Notes: generated from the letters alone by a model not told the origin. 64,000 bases of DNA from an uncultured bacterium (GCA_964562525.1 CAZLTL010000010.1:15389-79388); one strand, 5' to 3'. Counted from the stretch's first letter, positions 1 through 10,428 are shown. Program-made: numbers and translations.

Positions 1-10
1 TCTGACGGAC

Positions 11-349
11 ATGCGTCCTTTTTTTTCTGCCGCGATCTGCCTTTTTGCCGCAGCTCTAATTTTTGTCTTGCCTGCTTTTGCCGCAGAGGAATCTTTAACC
101 GACATTGATCGTCAGCGTGCCTTTGTTGACCAATTCAATCACGATCTCGAAAAACAGCAGCTGAAAAAAGAGGCCGAGCGACAAGCAGAAGAAAAAAGGC
201 GGAGGGCTCTTAAGCGGCGACGTGATGAAGCACGTATTTCAGCGCAGTTCGCTGGGCTTTCCAATAAGCTATCAGGGCTGCCTGAGTTGCCCAAGTTTGA
301 AGGGCAGTTTACGACTGAGAAATCGAATCGAGATTCTTTGGAGAGCTAG
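11..349 (+). CDS. hypothetical secreted protein (N-terminal signal peptide, charged K/R/E-rich C-terminal half)
   Basis: ORF track 112 aa; hydrophobic N-terminus MRPFFSAAICLFAAALIFVLPAFA followed by AEES; no recognisable family. Confidence 0.4.
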   Translation: MRPFFSAAICLFAAALIFVLPAFAAEESLTDIDRQRAFVDQFNHDLEKQQLKKEAERQAEEKRRRALKRRRDEARISAQFAGLSNKLSGLPELPKFEGQFTTEKSNRDSLES

Positions 350-356
350 CGCTTAT

Positions 357-1457
357 TTATTCGTGATTAGCGCGGTCGAGTTGAAAGAGCATGACCGCAA
401 AAAACGCTCCGTGATGAAGCCATGCGCCCAGCCAGGGCCAAATCTTGCCTGACTTTCCCAATGCCGTGAAAACCGCGCCCAAAACGTGGTAAGCAAAAAT
501 GATCGCGAGACATTGCAATACCATTCCGGCAAGCGCTTTGCGCGACCGCACCGTGCCGAGAACCGGAAGCGTCAAGAAAATCATCAGAAAGCTTTGCCAA
601 GGTAAAGCGAGGCGTTGATAGAACTGAACTTCTTCATCGGAAGCATCAATCCCTTTGGCCTTCATTTTTTGAACGAGGTTTCCAAGTTCAAAAATGGACA
701 TTTTTGCCGGATCTTTTGATTCATGAATCAAATCCTCGGGCTTGACGGTAATTTCAGGCATGCTTGTCTTTGCTGAATGCTCCGGCTGCCCCAGTACTTT
801 ACCCTGCGAATCTGTTTGGTAAGAAATGACCTCGTAAAGATCCCAGCCTTGGCCGTTGTAATGCGCTTTTTTAGCGGTTAATTTTTGATAGCGGTTGGGA
901 AGAGCTTCGTCCCACTTCAGAATGATCGCTTCCAGGGCGACGTTTTTTGCCGGGCTGAATTTTTTGAAGTAGATCAAAAGCCGGTCGCCTGCGTTATAAG
1001 TTAAGTTTTTATAAATCAGCGATTCTTTGAGCGTTTGATTTTTATCAATGTAAACATCCAGAATTTTATGCGCTTTGGAATAGGATGGCGGCACAATCCA
1101 TTCGCTGACAACAAACACGAATATTCCGATCAAGAATCCTAAGAACAGAATGGGCTTAACGATGGTGGTGATCGGAAGCCCGGCGGCTTTCATGGCGGTC
1201 ATTTCATTGTGCAGACCAAGCTGGATCAAGAGAAATACGGTGCCGATCCAGGCTGCCCAGCAGGCAATTTGAACGTAAGAAAAAGGAATGAGGTTCAGGT
1301 AATATTCAAAAATGATTTGGATGGGAACCTTGTTGCTGAGCAAAGAATCCAAATTATCAAATAAGTCCGCGATTAAAAAAATGAATACCAATGACGCCGA
1401 AAGAATGGCAATTGGAAAAAAAAGCTCACGAGTTAAATAGCGGTCCAATACTTTCAT
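357..1457 (-). CDS. LptF/LptG-family (YjgP/YjgQ) LPS export permease
   Basis: 366 aa with N-terminal MKVLDRYLTRELFFP motif typical of LptF/LptG; multiple TM segments and a central periplasmic beta-jellyroll-like region. Confidence 0.8.
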   Translation of the reverse strand: MKVLDRYLTRELFFPIAILSASLVFIFLIADLFDNLDSLLSNKVPIQIIFEYYLNLIPFSYVQIACWAAWIGTVFLLIQLGLHNEMTAMKAAGLPITTIVKPILFLGFLIGIFVFVVSEWIVPPSYSKAHKILDVYIDKNQTLKESLIYKNLTYNAGDRLLIYFKKFSPAKNVALEAIILKWDEALPNRYQKLTAKKAHYNGQGWDLYEVISYQTDSQGKVLGQPEHSAKTSMPEITVKPEDLIHESKDPAKMSIFELGNLVQKMKAKGIDASDEEVQFYQRLALPWQSFLMIFLTLPVLGTVRSRKALAGMVLQCLAIIFAYHVLGAVFTALGKSGKIWPWLGAWLHHGAFFAVMLFQLDRANHE

Positions 1458-1466
1458 TTTTTTACC

Positions 1467-2162
1467 TTAGTCGTTATGCCGAACTTGTTTTTCGGAGCGG
1501 GCCAAAGTGAATAAATCCACTTGCTTGGCTCCCTGATTAAGAAGAGCGCGTGCGGCTTCGCTCGCTGTCGCGCCCGTCGTGATAATGTCATCCATCAATA
1601 AAAAAGATTTTCCCTGAATCAGGCGCGGGTGTTTTGTCCCGAAGGCGCCGAATAAATTCCATTTTCTTTCTTCTTTGCCCAGGCCGTGCTGCGGGCGAAA
1701 ACCCCAACGTTTATAAAGAATTTTGGTCCGGATGGGAACTTTTTTTTCTTGGCAAAGGGAAGCTGCCAAAATTTCGGTTTGATTATAGCGCCTGCTCCAG
1801 CGTCCGGGGAAATCAATCGGCATGGGAATCACTGCGTCGTAATGCGATTCGGTGGTGATTGCATCAAAGAGCGGCTTGGCCCTCAGGACAAGTAAGTCCA
1901 AAAGATAAAACTCATGCTTAAACTTGATGCGGCGCAAATAGTCTTGAACTACGCCCCGGTAAGGCAGAACAGACCAGGCGCAGCGGATGCCCGGGAGTGT
2001 GTCGGGATGCCATGCATTTTGCCATGAGAAATCATGCTCGCTGAGATGCGTAAAACAGCCCTGGCAAAGCTTGCTTTGAGAGGGGGTGAGCGGTTTGCCG
2101 CATCCCTGGCAGTCAGCCGGAAAAACAGAGGCAACCAAAGCCTCGAAAGCGGTTAAAATCAT
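1467..2162 (-). CDS. comF: ComF family protein (phosphoribosyltransferase-like, competence ComFC)
   Basis: N-terminal CxxC...CxxC zinc finger and C-terminal PRTase motif LLMDDIITTGATASEAARAL. Confidence 0.75.
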   Translation of the reverse strand: MILTAFEALVASVFPADCQGCGKPLTPSQSKLCQGCFTHLSEHDFSWQNAWHPDTLPGIRCAWSVLPYRGVVQDYLRRIKFKHEFYLLDLLVLRAKPLFDAITTESHYDAVIPMPIDFPGRWSRRYNQTEILAASLCQEKKVPIRTKILYKRWGFRPQHGLGKEERKWNLFGAFGTKHPRLIQGKSFLLMDDIITTGATASEAARALLNQGAKQVDLFTLARSEKQVRHND

Positions 2163-2279
2163 GCGGTTATTGTAGTGTGAATCGGGCTTCCCGCAAGCAA
2201 AACCTTATTCTTGCTTATGGAGGGGCTTTTGCATATAATCCTCGAACTTTTTCCAAGCTTGAAAGAAAGGTGATTATCT

Positions 2280-2459
2280 GTGCTGAAAGTAGAAATTAGC
2301 GAGCATGAACCGCTCGAAAAGGCGTTGAAACGTCTCAAGAAAAAAATGGAGCGCGAAGGAATTTTAAAAATTCTTAAAGCGCGTAAGACGTTCGAAAAGC
2401 CGAGCGAAAAGCGCCGTCGTAAGATCCGCTCTCCGAAGTCGAAGAAAACCAGATTCTAA
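2280..2459 (+). CDS. rpsU: 30S ribosomal protein S21
   Basis: 59-aa basic ORF (VLKVEISEHEPLEKALKRLKKKMEREGILKILKARKTFEKPSEKRRRKIRSPKSKKTRF) with GTG start and upstream AAAGAAAGG ribosome-binding site; not in the ORF track because it is <60 aa; matches the S21 pattern (ENEPxExALRRFKR...GxLxExRRREFYEKPxExRKR). Confidence 0.7.
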   Translation: MLKVEISEHEPLEKALKRLKKKMEREGILKILKARKTFEKPSEKRRRKIRSPKSKKTRF

Positions 2460-2573
2460 GCCTTAAGGCTTGTCTTTGTTTCAATCCATCACGCATGCGA
2501 CGGCCTCTGGTCGTAGCCATGCGTGGTGGGATTTGATATACTCCCGCAGTTCCGCCATCCGAAACCAAATGGA

Positions 2574-3878
2574 ATGACTTTGAAGTATCAGTCTTTTCCG
2601 GGTATGGACGATGTCCTGCCCTCGACAATTCAGGCTTGGCAGCAGCTCGAGAAGCGCGCCCGTATTTTTCTCGAAAGCGAAGGTTTTCGTGAAATCCGTA
2701 CCCCTATTTTAGAACCGACGGAACTTTTTTGCCGCGCCATTGGTGAGACCAGCGATATCGTCGGTAAGGAAATGTATACCTTTGAAGATCGCGGTGCGCG
2801 TTCGATGACGATGCGACCTGAAATGACCGCGTCGGTTGCGCGTTCGATTATCCAAAACTCCATGCTTCGCAACGGAGTGGGACAATTGGTTTATTACATT
2901 GCCCCTATGTTTCGTGCCGAACGCCCTCAGGCTGGCCGTAAACGTCAATTTCATCAAATCGGCGTTGAGTTGGTGAATCACGCCGAAAAAACCGTAGCGG
3001 ATGAGCATGCGATTACTTCTTTATATTTTTTTCTCAAGAGTCTTGGCGTTCCAAATCTTAAAATTAAATTAAATGATCTGAGCCTGATCAATGGCGATCA
3101 GGCCGATGCCGTGCGGGGACGCATGCGCGATTATTTTTCCGCTAACAAAGCGGCTTTGGATGAAGACTCTGTTAACCGCCTTGATAAAAATGTTTTGCGC
3201 ATTTTCGACAGTAAAAATCCCGCGATGCAGAAATTGATCGAAGCTTTTCCTTGGGATACAGCAGTGCCGCTATCGGATGAATTTAAAAAACTCGAAGAAA
3301 AATTGAAACAGCGCGGCGTGGAAGTTGAAATTCAACGCCGGCTTGTGCGTGGTTTAGATTATTATACGGGTGTTGTTTTTGAAGCCGCATCCGGCGGGCT
3401 GGGTGCGCAGGATGCTTTGGCGGGCGGCGGGCGTTACGATAAGCTCTACGGTGAACTGGGCGGCGGCGACGTCCCTTGCACGGGATGGAGCATTGGTTTT
3501 GAGCGGCTGTTGATGGCACTTGATTCCGTCGAGTCTAAATTTTCCGATAAGATCAGTTCTAAAACATTCGGATTCATTTGTCTGTCGCAGCAGGACGCGG
3601 CGATTGATTATTTTAAAGCTCAAGCTCGCTGTGTGGCATGGGCGGGAGTTTCGGTTTCAGTTGAACCGCTTTTTTTGAAGAAAAGTGTGAAGGCGGGGAA
3701 AGAAATTGAGCGTGCTCTTAAATCCGGATTACGATATGTCGTGCTTTTTGGCGACGATGAATTTCAGAAAAAAGTTTGGACGGTCAAAGACCTCCAAGAG
3801 AAAACTCAAATTGAAGTGGCTTCCGAAAATTTGGAAGCGACCTTACGGGGTCTTTTAGCGAAAGGTAGAACGGTATGA
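2574..3878 (+). CDS. hisS: histidine--tRNA ligase
   Basis: Class II aaRS; KYQSFPGMDDVLP, MRPEMTASVAR and YYIAPMFRAERPQAGRKRQFHQIGVE HisRS motifs. ORF track opens at 2523 on an alternative codon; the ATG at 2574 (MTLKYQ) is the likelier start. Confidence 0.9.
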   Translation: MTLKYQSFPGMDDVLPSTIQAWQQLEKRARIFLESEGFREIRTPILEPTELFCRAIGETSDIVGKEMYTFEDRGARSMTMRPEMTASVARSIIQNSMLRNGVGQLVYYIAPMFRAERPQAGRKRQFHQIGVELVNHAEKTVADEHAITSLYFFLKSLGVPNLKIKLNDLSLINGDQADAVRGRMRDYFSANKAALDEDSVNRLDKNVLRIFDSKNPAMQKLIEAFPWDTAVPLSDEFKKLEEKLKQRGVEVEIQRRLVRGLDYYTGVVFEAASGGLGAQDALAGGGRYDKLYGELGGGDVPCTGWSIGFERLLMALDSVESKFSDKISSKTFGFICLSQQDAAIDYFKAQARCVAWAGVSVSVEPLFLKKSVKAGKEIERALKSGLRYVVLFGDDEFQKKVWTVKDLQEKTQIEVASENLEATLRGLLAKGRTV

Positions 3879-5647
3879 TGCGGACACAGACTTGCGGCGA
3901 ATTGAACGCTTCCTTTGATGGGAAAAATGTAACGCTTTGCGGATGGGTGGATACTCGCCGCGACCATGGTCAGTTGATCTTTATTGATTTGCGCGACCGT
4001 TATGGCCGCACTCAGGTTGTGTTTGATCCGAAGCTTAACGCGGAAAGCCATAAGGTTGCAGAAGGTGTCCGTTCGGAGTATGTCATTCGCGTCAGCGGTA
4101 AAGTGGTTTTGCGCCCGAAGAATAATGTTAATTCAAAGATTCCTACCGGCGAAATCGATATCTTGGCCGATAAGATCGAGATTTTAAATGCCTGCGCGCC
4201 AACGCCCTTTAATATCGGTGACTCCGATGTGAACGAAGAATTGCGCCTGGAATACCGCTTTTTGGATTTGCGCCGCGAAGAGATGAGCCGCAATCTGCTT
4301 TTCCGATCGAAGATCGCGAAAATTGCCCATAAGCATTTTGACGAAAATGGATTTATCGAAGTTGAAACACCGTGTTTGACCAAGTCGACGCCGGAAGGAG
4401 CGCGCGACTTTCTCGTGCCGTCGCGTTTAACGGCCGGAACTTTTTATGCTTTGCCGCAATCGCCCCAGCTTTTTAAACAGCTGATGATGGTCGCGGGCTA
4501 TGATCGTTATTATCAAATCGCGCGTTGCTTTCGCGATGAAGATTTGCGCAAAGACCGTCAGTTGGAGCATACCCAAATCGACTTGGAAATGTCTTTTATC
4601 GATGAAGAAGACATTATGGGATTGGTTGAGGGATTTGTGATCCGCGTCATGAAAGAAATGATGGGCAAGGACTACCCGAAAGGGTTTCGCCGTATTTCTT
4701 ATGCCGAAGCGATGAGCCGTTACGGCTGTGATAAGCCGGATATGCGTTTCGGAATGCCGATTGAAGATTTAACCGAAGTGTTTAAAAACTCCGGCTTCAA
4801 AGTGTTTGATGAGACGATCGCAAAGGGTGGAGTCATTCGTTGTATTACGCTTCCCAACGCTGGAGACTATTCACGTAAAGACGTCGATGATTTGACAACG
4901 TGGATTAAGCAGTACGGGGCGCAGGGCTTGGCATGGCTGCAGTTAAAAGGCAGCGAAATCAATTCACCGATTGCGAAGTTTTTCAAAAAAGAAACTTTGG
5001 ATGCGGCGGTTGCGAAAACCGGCGCGAAACCGGGCGATATGATTTTCTTTGTGGCAAGCAACGAGAAGGTTGCTTCGACTGCGCTTGGAGCTTTGCGCCT
5101 GAACTTGGCAGAAAAGCATAAGCTGATTCCCGAAGGCGTTTATGAGTATTTGTGGGTGACCGATTTTCCGATGTTCGGCTGGAACGAAGAAGAAAAACGC
5201 TGCGACGCATTGCATCATCCTTTTACTTCGCCGAAGCTTGAAGATGCGCATCTTATTGGCACAGAGCCTTTGAAGGTCCGCGCGAAAGCCTATGACCTTG
5301 TATTGAACGGTACGGAAATCGGCGGAGGAAGTATTCGTATCCATGATCGCGCTTTGCAAGAGAAAGTTTTTACGGCATTGCAAATTACGCCGGAACAGCA
5401 GACCGGTAAATTTGGCTTTCTATTGAACGCACTTTCTTTCGGCGCTCCGCCGCATGGCGGGCTTGCCATGGGGCTCGACCGTTTTTGTGCAATGCTGCTC
5501 GGCACGCCTTCGATACGCGATGTGATCGCATTTCCGAAAACGCAAAAGGGTACCTGTCTTATGACGCAGGCTCCGTCCGAAGTCGCACAGAAACAGCTCG
5601 ATGAACTTTCGATCCGTATCAAACCAGTTATTCAAACAAAAGATTAA
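3875..5647 (+). CDS. aspS: aspartate--tRNA ligase
   Basis: 590 aa; N-terminal OB-fold (GWVDTRRDHGQLIFIDLRD), class II motifs FRDEDLR, QLDLEMSF and GGGSIRIHD. Confidence 0.9.
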   Translation: MMRTQTCGELNASFDGKNVTLCGWVDTRRDHGQLIFIDLRDRYGRTQVVFDPKLNAESHKVAEGVRSEYVIRVSGKVVLRPKNNVNSKIPTGEIDILADKIEILNACAPTPFNIGDSDVNEELRLEYRFLDLRREEMSRNLLFRSKIAKIAHKHFDENGFIEVETPCLTKSTPEGARDFLVPSRLTAGTFYALPQSPQLFKQLMMVAGYDRYYQIARCFRDEDLRKDRQLEHTQIDLEMSFIDEEDIMGLVEGFVIRVMKEMMGKDYPKGFRRISYAEAMSRYGCDKPDMRFGMPIEDLTEVFKNSGFKVFDETIAKGGVIRCITLPNAGDYSRKDVDDLTTWIKQYGAQGLAWLQLKGSEINSPIAKFFKKETLDAAVAKTGAKPGDMIFFVASNEKVASTALGALRLNLAEKHKLIPEGVYEYLWVTDFPMFGWNEEEKRCDALHHPFTSPKLEDAHLIGTEPLKVRAKAYDLVLNGTEIGGGSIRIHDRALQEKVFTALQITPEQQTGKFGFLLNALSFGAPPHGGLAMGLDRFCAMLLGTPSIRDVIAFPKTQKGTCLMTQAPSEVAQKQLDELSIRIKPVIQTKD

Positions 5648-5688
5648 AGACCCGCGGCTGAGCCAAGCTCAGCGCTAAAGGAGAAGTA

Positions 5689-6630
5689 GTGGAAAAAATC
5701 ATCCGTTTGTTTTCGAATCAGGAAGCGGTTTATCTTTACGGAAATTTGGACCAAAATTTAAAGCACGCGGAAAAGCAATATCATGTGACAGTTTCGGCGA
5801 AGAATGAACGCCTCAAGATTAACGGAGATGACGCTCAAGTTGAGCAAGCCTATGATTTTTTTATGGGGCTTTTGACGAAGTTCCGTAAAGGCGTGCCCGC
5901 CGTCAATCAACCTGAAGCTACGATTGCGCATAAGCAGGCGGAAGTCGCTGCTGCGGCAGGAGAACACGAGGCTATTTTCCATAAGGGGAAGCTGTTTGAG
6001 CCTAAAAGCAAAACGCAGCTAGCCTATTTAAAATCCATTCAAACGCATGATGTGGTGTTCGCAATCGGACCTGCCGGTACGGGTAAAACATATTTGGCTG
6101 TGGCGGCGGCGGTTCATGCCTTACGTAAACGAGAAGTCAAAAAAATCATTTTAGCGCGCCCTGCTGTGGAAGCCGGCGAAAGTCTCGGGTTTTTGCCGGG
6201 TGATTTGGAAGAGAAAGTGAATCCGTATCTTCGTCCGCTTTATGACGCGCTTTACGACATGATGGATGTGGATGAAGTCGCGAAATGCTTCGACCGCGAA
6301 ATGATTGAAATCGCGCCGCTCGCGTATATGCGCGGACGAACGCTCAACGGCGCGTTTATTATTTTGGACGAAGCGCAGAACTGTACCTACAGTCAGATGA
6401 AAATGTTTTTGACCCGTCTCGGGCAATCTTCCAAAATGGTTTTAACCGGCGACGTGACTCAAATCGATTTACCCCGCGGCCAGCTTTCCGGCCTTGTCGA
6501 AGCCAAAAAGGTTTTGACTGATGTGGAAGGGATTGAGTTTATTCAGATGGACGATAAGGATGTGGTGAGACATCCGTTGGTTCGCAGTATTATTAAGGCG
6601 TACGAGTCGCACGAAACCGCTCAGAGATAA
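5689..6630 (+). CDS. phoH: PhoH-family ATPase (YbeZ-like)
   Basis: Walker A GPAGTGKTYLAVA, ILDEAQN motif; conserved phoH-ybeY pairing with the next gene; GTG start with AAGGAG ribosome-binding site. Confidence 0.85.
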   Translation: MEKIIRLFSNQEAVYLYGNLDQNLKHAEKQYHVTVSAKNERLKINGDDAQVEQAYDFFMGLLTKFRKGVPAVNQPEATIAHKQAEVAAAAGEHEAIFHKGKLFEPKSKTQLAYLKSIQTHDVVFAIGPAGTGKTYLAVAAAVHALRKREVKKIILARPAVEAGESLGFLPGDLEEKVNPYLRPLYDALYDMMDVDEVAKCFDREMIEIAPLAYMRGRTLNGAFIILDEAQNCTYSQMKMFLTRLGQSSKMVLTGDVTQIDLPRGQLSGLVEAKKVLTDVEGIEFIQMDDKDVVRHPLVRSIIKAYESHETAQR

Positions 6631-6647
6631 TTCGCTGAAAACGGCTC

Positions 6648-6745
6648 GTCTGCGGCGTTACAAACTCGCAGCCTTCAGTCAATGTGCGTTTCACCGCACA
6701 CCTCCTTCGACTGCTCGTTTGTGCCTAGCATCCAAGCTGTTTTGA
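6648..6745 (+). repeat. ~90-bp intergenic repeat, family member (downstream of phoH)
   Basis: TCTGCGGCGTTACAAACTCGCAG...GTGCGTTTCACCGCACACCTCCTTCGACTGCTCGTTTGTGCCTAGCATCCAAGCTGTTTTGAGC aligns with 11656-11750 and 25093-25172. Confidence 0.5.
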
Positions 6746-6769
6746 GCGAATTGTGATAGATTCCAACCT

Positions 6770-7258
6770 ATGAAATTATTTATTGATTTATCTTCCCATA
6801 AAAAGTCGGACGAGAAGCTGTTTCCTCAGTTTCGGAAATACGCTGAGGCCGTTTTAAAGGCGCTTAATTTTAAGTCGGCCGGGCTCAGTGTGATTTTGGT
6901 GCGTGATAAGAAGATGGCCGAGCTGAATCAGAAGCTGATGAAACACAAAGGGACAACGGATGTCCTTTCATTCAGCTACATTGAGAAAAAAGGTAAGGTT
7001 AAGCTTTCTTCCAAGGTTTTGAACTCAAATCCGCCGCTTTTCCTGGGAGAGATCATCATTTGTTTGGATGTCGCTGAGCGGAATGCTCAAGAATATGGAA
7101 CCAGCTTTGAATACGAGTCCGCGCTTTATCTTTGTCACGGCATTTTGCATTGTCTTGGCTATAACGATATCAATCGTAAAGACCATGCCGAAATGCACAA
7201 GAAACAGAATCAAATTTTGAAGCATCTCGCGGTTGCGCGGAGCGCAGAGCCAAAATGA
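6770..7258 (+). CDS. ybeY: rRNA maturation endoribonuclease YbeY
   Basis: HGILHCLGYND zinc-binding motif (HxxxHxxGYxH) near the C-terminus; follows phoH. Confidence 0.8.
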   Translation: MKLFIDLSSHKKSDEKLFPQFRKYAEAVLKALNFKSAGLSVILVRDKKMAELNQKLMKHKGTTDVLSFSYIEKKGKVKLSSKVLNSNPPLFLGEIIICLDVAERNAQEYGTSFEYESALYLCHGILHCLGYNDINRKDHAEMHKKQNQILKHLAVARSAEPK

Positions 7259-8004
7259 TACTGAAAACCGAAGCCATTGTTCTTCGCACGCGGCCTTTTC
7301 GTTCCAGCTCGCTGATCATTACTTTTTTTACGCGTGAGTACGGAAAAATTCAGGGGATTGCCAAGGGGATTCACCGCGAAGGCGAACGGCGCGGTGCTGA
7401 GTTTGAGCTTTTCACCAATCTTGAAATTCTTTTCTACGAGAAAAAGCGTTCGGATCTTCAGTTGGTTTCCGAAACTTCGATTATCGATAGTTATCCGCAT
7501 ATGCGTTCATCGCTGGAGAGCCTTCTCGACGCTTCCTTTTTTTGTGAGCTGACCGAAGAGTTAACGGAAACTCGCGATCCGCATCCGCAAATTTTTGAGT
7601 TGTTGCAGATTTGCTTTCGATACTTAAGCGTGCTGCCTGCAGTTAAACTGCGCAATCTTTTTGAAATGAAGCTTTTAAATGAAGTGGGTTGGCAGCCGCA
7701 TTTAGATCATTGCTTGAAATGTGCCGTACCTTTGCCGGAATCCGCTTTCTTTTCTGTGCGTGAAGGCGGATTGCTGTGTTCCGCACATAAAGGGGATGAT
7801 TTGGGCTCCAAAAAAATCGGGGCGGAGTCTCTTCGGTTGCTTCGTTTTTTGTCGTCTCAGGCCATTGAGGCTTGTTTGCGTGAAACTTTCACGCTTCAGG
7901 CTGAGGTTGAGGTTCAAAATATGCTCTATCAGTTCCTTTTGTACCGACTTGGGAAACCGCTTAAATCCCTTAAAGTCCGTGCGCAATTACTTAGAAACAC
8001 CTAA
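7255..8004 (+). CDS. recO: DNA repair protein RecO
   Basis: N-terminal OB-fold MILKTEAIVLRTRPFRSSSL...; C-terminal CxxC...CSAH zinc motif; ATGA overlap with ybeY. Confidence 0.8.
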   Translation: MILKTEAIVLRTRPFRSSSLIITFFTREYGKIQGIAKGIHREGERRGAEFELFTNLEILFYEKKRSDLQLVSETSIIDSYPHMRSSLESLLDASFFCELTEELTETRDPHPQIFELLQICFRYLSVLPAVKLRNLFEMKLLNEVGWQPHLDHCLKCAVPLPESAFFSVREGGLLCSAHKGDDLGSKKIGAESLRLLRFLSSQAIEACLRETFTLQAEVEVQNMLYQFLLYRLGKPLKSLKVRAQLLRNT

Positions 8005-8122
8005 AATCTCCCTCTAGAGAAGCTTTTTTAGCCTGAAATTTGACTTCATAAATGTCCTATGCTATGTTCTCAATAGAAGATAAATAATTTAAAAAAGGCT
8101 TAAATGCTATAATCTGATCTAT

Positions 8123-8914
8123 ATGAAAAAGCAAAAACAACCCGACAATCAGTTTATTTATTTTGATATGACCGCGAACGAGCGTGACTCGGCTTTGCGG
8201 TTTCTTTTATCCGCGATTATTAAGACCAAAGAAGAGCACCCGCAATTAGTACGAAAGCAAAGCACCGATGAAGATGTGAATGTTTATTTAGCGCATTTGA
8301 TGTTTGCGATTGCTTTGCCGGAGTATCACGAAATGGCCGATCCGTATCTTTCCAAACATTCTAGCGACATTATGGAGTGGGTGAAAAGCACGGAAGATCG
8401 CACGGTGCGTTACTTCATTTACAAGGTGAACGCGGATCACCTTTTGATGCACACATCACTGTTTCAGGATTTAACGAATAAAAGCAAGCGCAAGGTTTTG
8501 TTTCAATCCACGGACGGGCATTATCAGGAGCTTGCCGCGCAATATTATGCTGAAGCCGCCAAATATCATCAGCAGATGAACCGCAAGAAAACCGGTATCG
8601 CGCTTGTGCTGGAGAAAATGGCCGGTGATTTTAAGTATTATCAGCGGATTATAGAATTGGTCCGTGAAGATTATTTTACTTTTGTGCAGACATTCCGGGA
8701 TAAGCACTTTAACAGTTTGGTCACAGAAATTAATCTTTATGAAAAAGAAAATTTTTATGACAAGAAAATGGATGAGTTCTTGAGCGCCTTTTATGAGTGG
8801 AATGAAGCACAGAATGACGCCATGAAAGCCAAAGTGGCTCAGCTTGCCGCCGATTTAAAACGCATGAACCCTGAGTTTCAGTTCCAGTTTCCTAACCGCA
8901 ACAGCGTCGCTTAA
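8123..8914 (+). CDS. hypothetical protein (263 aa, no recognisable family)
   Basis: Clean ORF preceded by an extended -10-like TGCTATAAT at 8105-8113; no family recognised. Confidence 0.5.
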   Translation: MKKQKQPDNQFIYFDMTANERDSALRFLLSAIIKTKEEHPQLVRKQSTDEDVNVYLAHLMFAIALPEYHEMADPYLSKHSSDIMEWVKSTEDRTVRYFIYKVNADHLLMHTSLFQDLTNKSKRKVLFQSTDGHYQELAAQYYAEAAKYHQQMNRKKTGIALVLEKMAGDFKYYQRIIELVREDYFTFVQTFRDKHFNSLVTEINLYEKENFYDKKMDEFLSAFYEWNEAQNDAMKAKVAQLAADLKRMNPEFQFQFPNRNSVA

Positions 8915-9025
8915 TTCCCATTTAGAATCCGCGCTGAATATCATAGGGTTTCTTTCTTTGCCGCCCCCAATGAGCATCCTTTTGAGCCTATCTCCCCAAG
9001 GTGTCGGTCTGATATACTTTGCCTC

Positions 9026-9553
9026 ATGCAAAACAAAGTTTTTATAGGTTTGGGAGCCAACCTCGGACGGCGAGAGGCGTGTTTAACTTCGGCACTGGGC
9101 GCATTAAAAGCCTTGGCTCTTCCGCAGTCCTGGCAGGCATCCTCTTTCTACGAAACCGCTCCTGTTGATGGCGGGGGTCCTGACTATTTGAACGCGATAT
9201 GCTCATTTGATACCGAATTGCCGGCCAAGGAATTGCATCAACTTTTAATGATGATGGAGATTGAGGCCGGGCGCGTGCGCGGTGCTCTCAACGCTCCGCG
9301 TGTTTTGGATTTAGATTTGCTTTTTTACGGCTCAGAGATAATTTTAACCGCGGATTTGATTGTCCCACATCCGCGGCTTCAAGCTCGGGCTTTTGTTCTT
9401 GTTCCGCTCGCCGAGATTGCTCCTGAGTGGAAACATCCGCAAATTAGAAAGAGTGTTCGTGAAATGTTATCTTTGTTATCTGCCGTTGAATTGAGCGGAG
9501 TTAAAAAATATGATTCTGATTCGATCTGCCAAACAATTTCAAGCAACGCTTGA
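9026..9553 (+). CDS. folK: 2-amino-4-hydroxy-6-hydroxymethyldihydropteridine diphosphokinase (HPPK)
   Basis: IGLGANLG, ETAPVDGGG, LDLDLLFYG and VPHPRLQARAFVLVPLAEIAP HPPK motifs. Confidence 0.85.
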   Translation: MQNKVFIGLGANLGRREACLTSALGALKALALPQSWQASSFYETAPVDGGGPDYLNAICSFDTELPAKELHQLLMMMEIEAGRVRGALNAPRVLDLDLLFYGSEIILTADLIVPHPRLQARAFVLVPLAEIAPEWKHPQIRKSVREMLSLLSAVELSGVKKYDSDSICQTISSNA

Positions 9554-10379
9554 GAAGGCCCGCCGAAGCGGGAAGTCGATCGGCTTTGTCCCGACCATGG
9601 GGGCTTTGCATGAGGGGCATCTTTGGTTGGTGCGCAAATCTAAAAAACAAAATAGCCTGACCGCGGTCAGCATTTTTGTGAACCCGACTCAATTCGGGCC
9701 GAAAGAAGATTTTAAAAAATATCCGCGTGTTTTAAAGCAAGATTCCGCGCTTTTAAAAAAGGCGGGGGTGGATTATTTGTTTTATCCTTCTGTCGAAGAG
9801 ATTTACCCCGTGGGTACGGTTTGTTCCGTCAAAATCGATGCGGTGAAGAATCCGTATTTAATTAACTCACTTTGCGGTAAATACCGTCCCGGGCATTTTG
9901 AAGGCGTCGCCACTGTGGTCGCCAAGCTTTTTAATTTATCCGGCGCATGCGCCGCTTACTTTGGTGAAAAAGACTGGCAACAAACCCGTGTGATCAAAAA
10001 GTTGATTGAGGATTTTAAATTTCAGGTTGAACTGAAGGTTTTGCCGACTTTGCGCGAAAGCGACGGTTTGGCCATGAGTTCGCGGAACCGCTACTTATCT
10101 TTTTCTGACCGCCGGAAAGCAGGATTATTTGCCCAGATTTTAAAGTCCGCGGTTAAAAAAGCGGCCGCGAAGGAGCCTTTGTTCCGCGTTCGCCAAGCGG
10201 CTTTGTGGGATTTAAGGCAGCTTGGGATCAAGACGCAATACTTTGAGTTTGTGGATGGTCAAACCTTAAAGCCGATTACATCAGGAGGGCAAAGCGGAAT
10301 GCGGCTTGTCGCGGCTTGTTTTGTCGGGAAGACACGGCTCATTGACAATGTTATAATCCCTGCCTCAAGGAGCCGGTAA
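9510..10379 (+). CDS. panC: pantoate--beta-alanine ligase
   Basis: GFVPTMGALHEGHLWLV (HIGH-class motif), VSIFVNPTQFGP and MSSRNRYL motifs; start overlaps the folK 3' end. Confidence 0.9.
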   Translation: MILIRSAKQFQATLEKARRSGKSIGFVPTMGALHEGHLWLVRKSKKQNSLTAVSIFVNPTQFGPKEDFKKYPRVLKQDSALLKKAGVDYLFYPSVEEIYPVGTVCSVKIDAVKNPYLINSLCGKYRPGHFEGVATVVAKLFNLSGACAAYFGEKDWQQTRVIKKLIEDFKFQVELKVLPTLRESDGLAMSSRNRYLSFSDRRKAGLFAQILKSAVKKAAAKEPLFRVRQAALWDLRQLGIKTQYFEFVDGQTLKPITSGGQSGMRLVAACFVGKTRLIDNVIIPASRSR

Positions 10380-10428
10380 TCCGGCTTTTGTTTGTTATTA
10401 TAAAATGATGATTTGAGAGGATTCGTTA

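Noticed and set aside
2523-2573. Alternative upstream start for hisS (and 33461 for gltX, 36542 for coaC)
   Set aside because: Conserved N-terminal motifs of HisRS, GluRS and CoaC begin at the internal ATGs. The upstream portions are non-ATG or overlap upstream genes.
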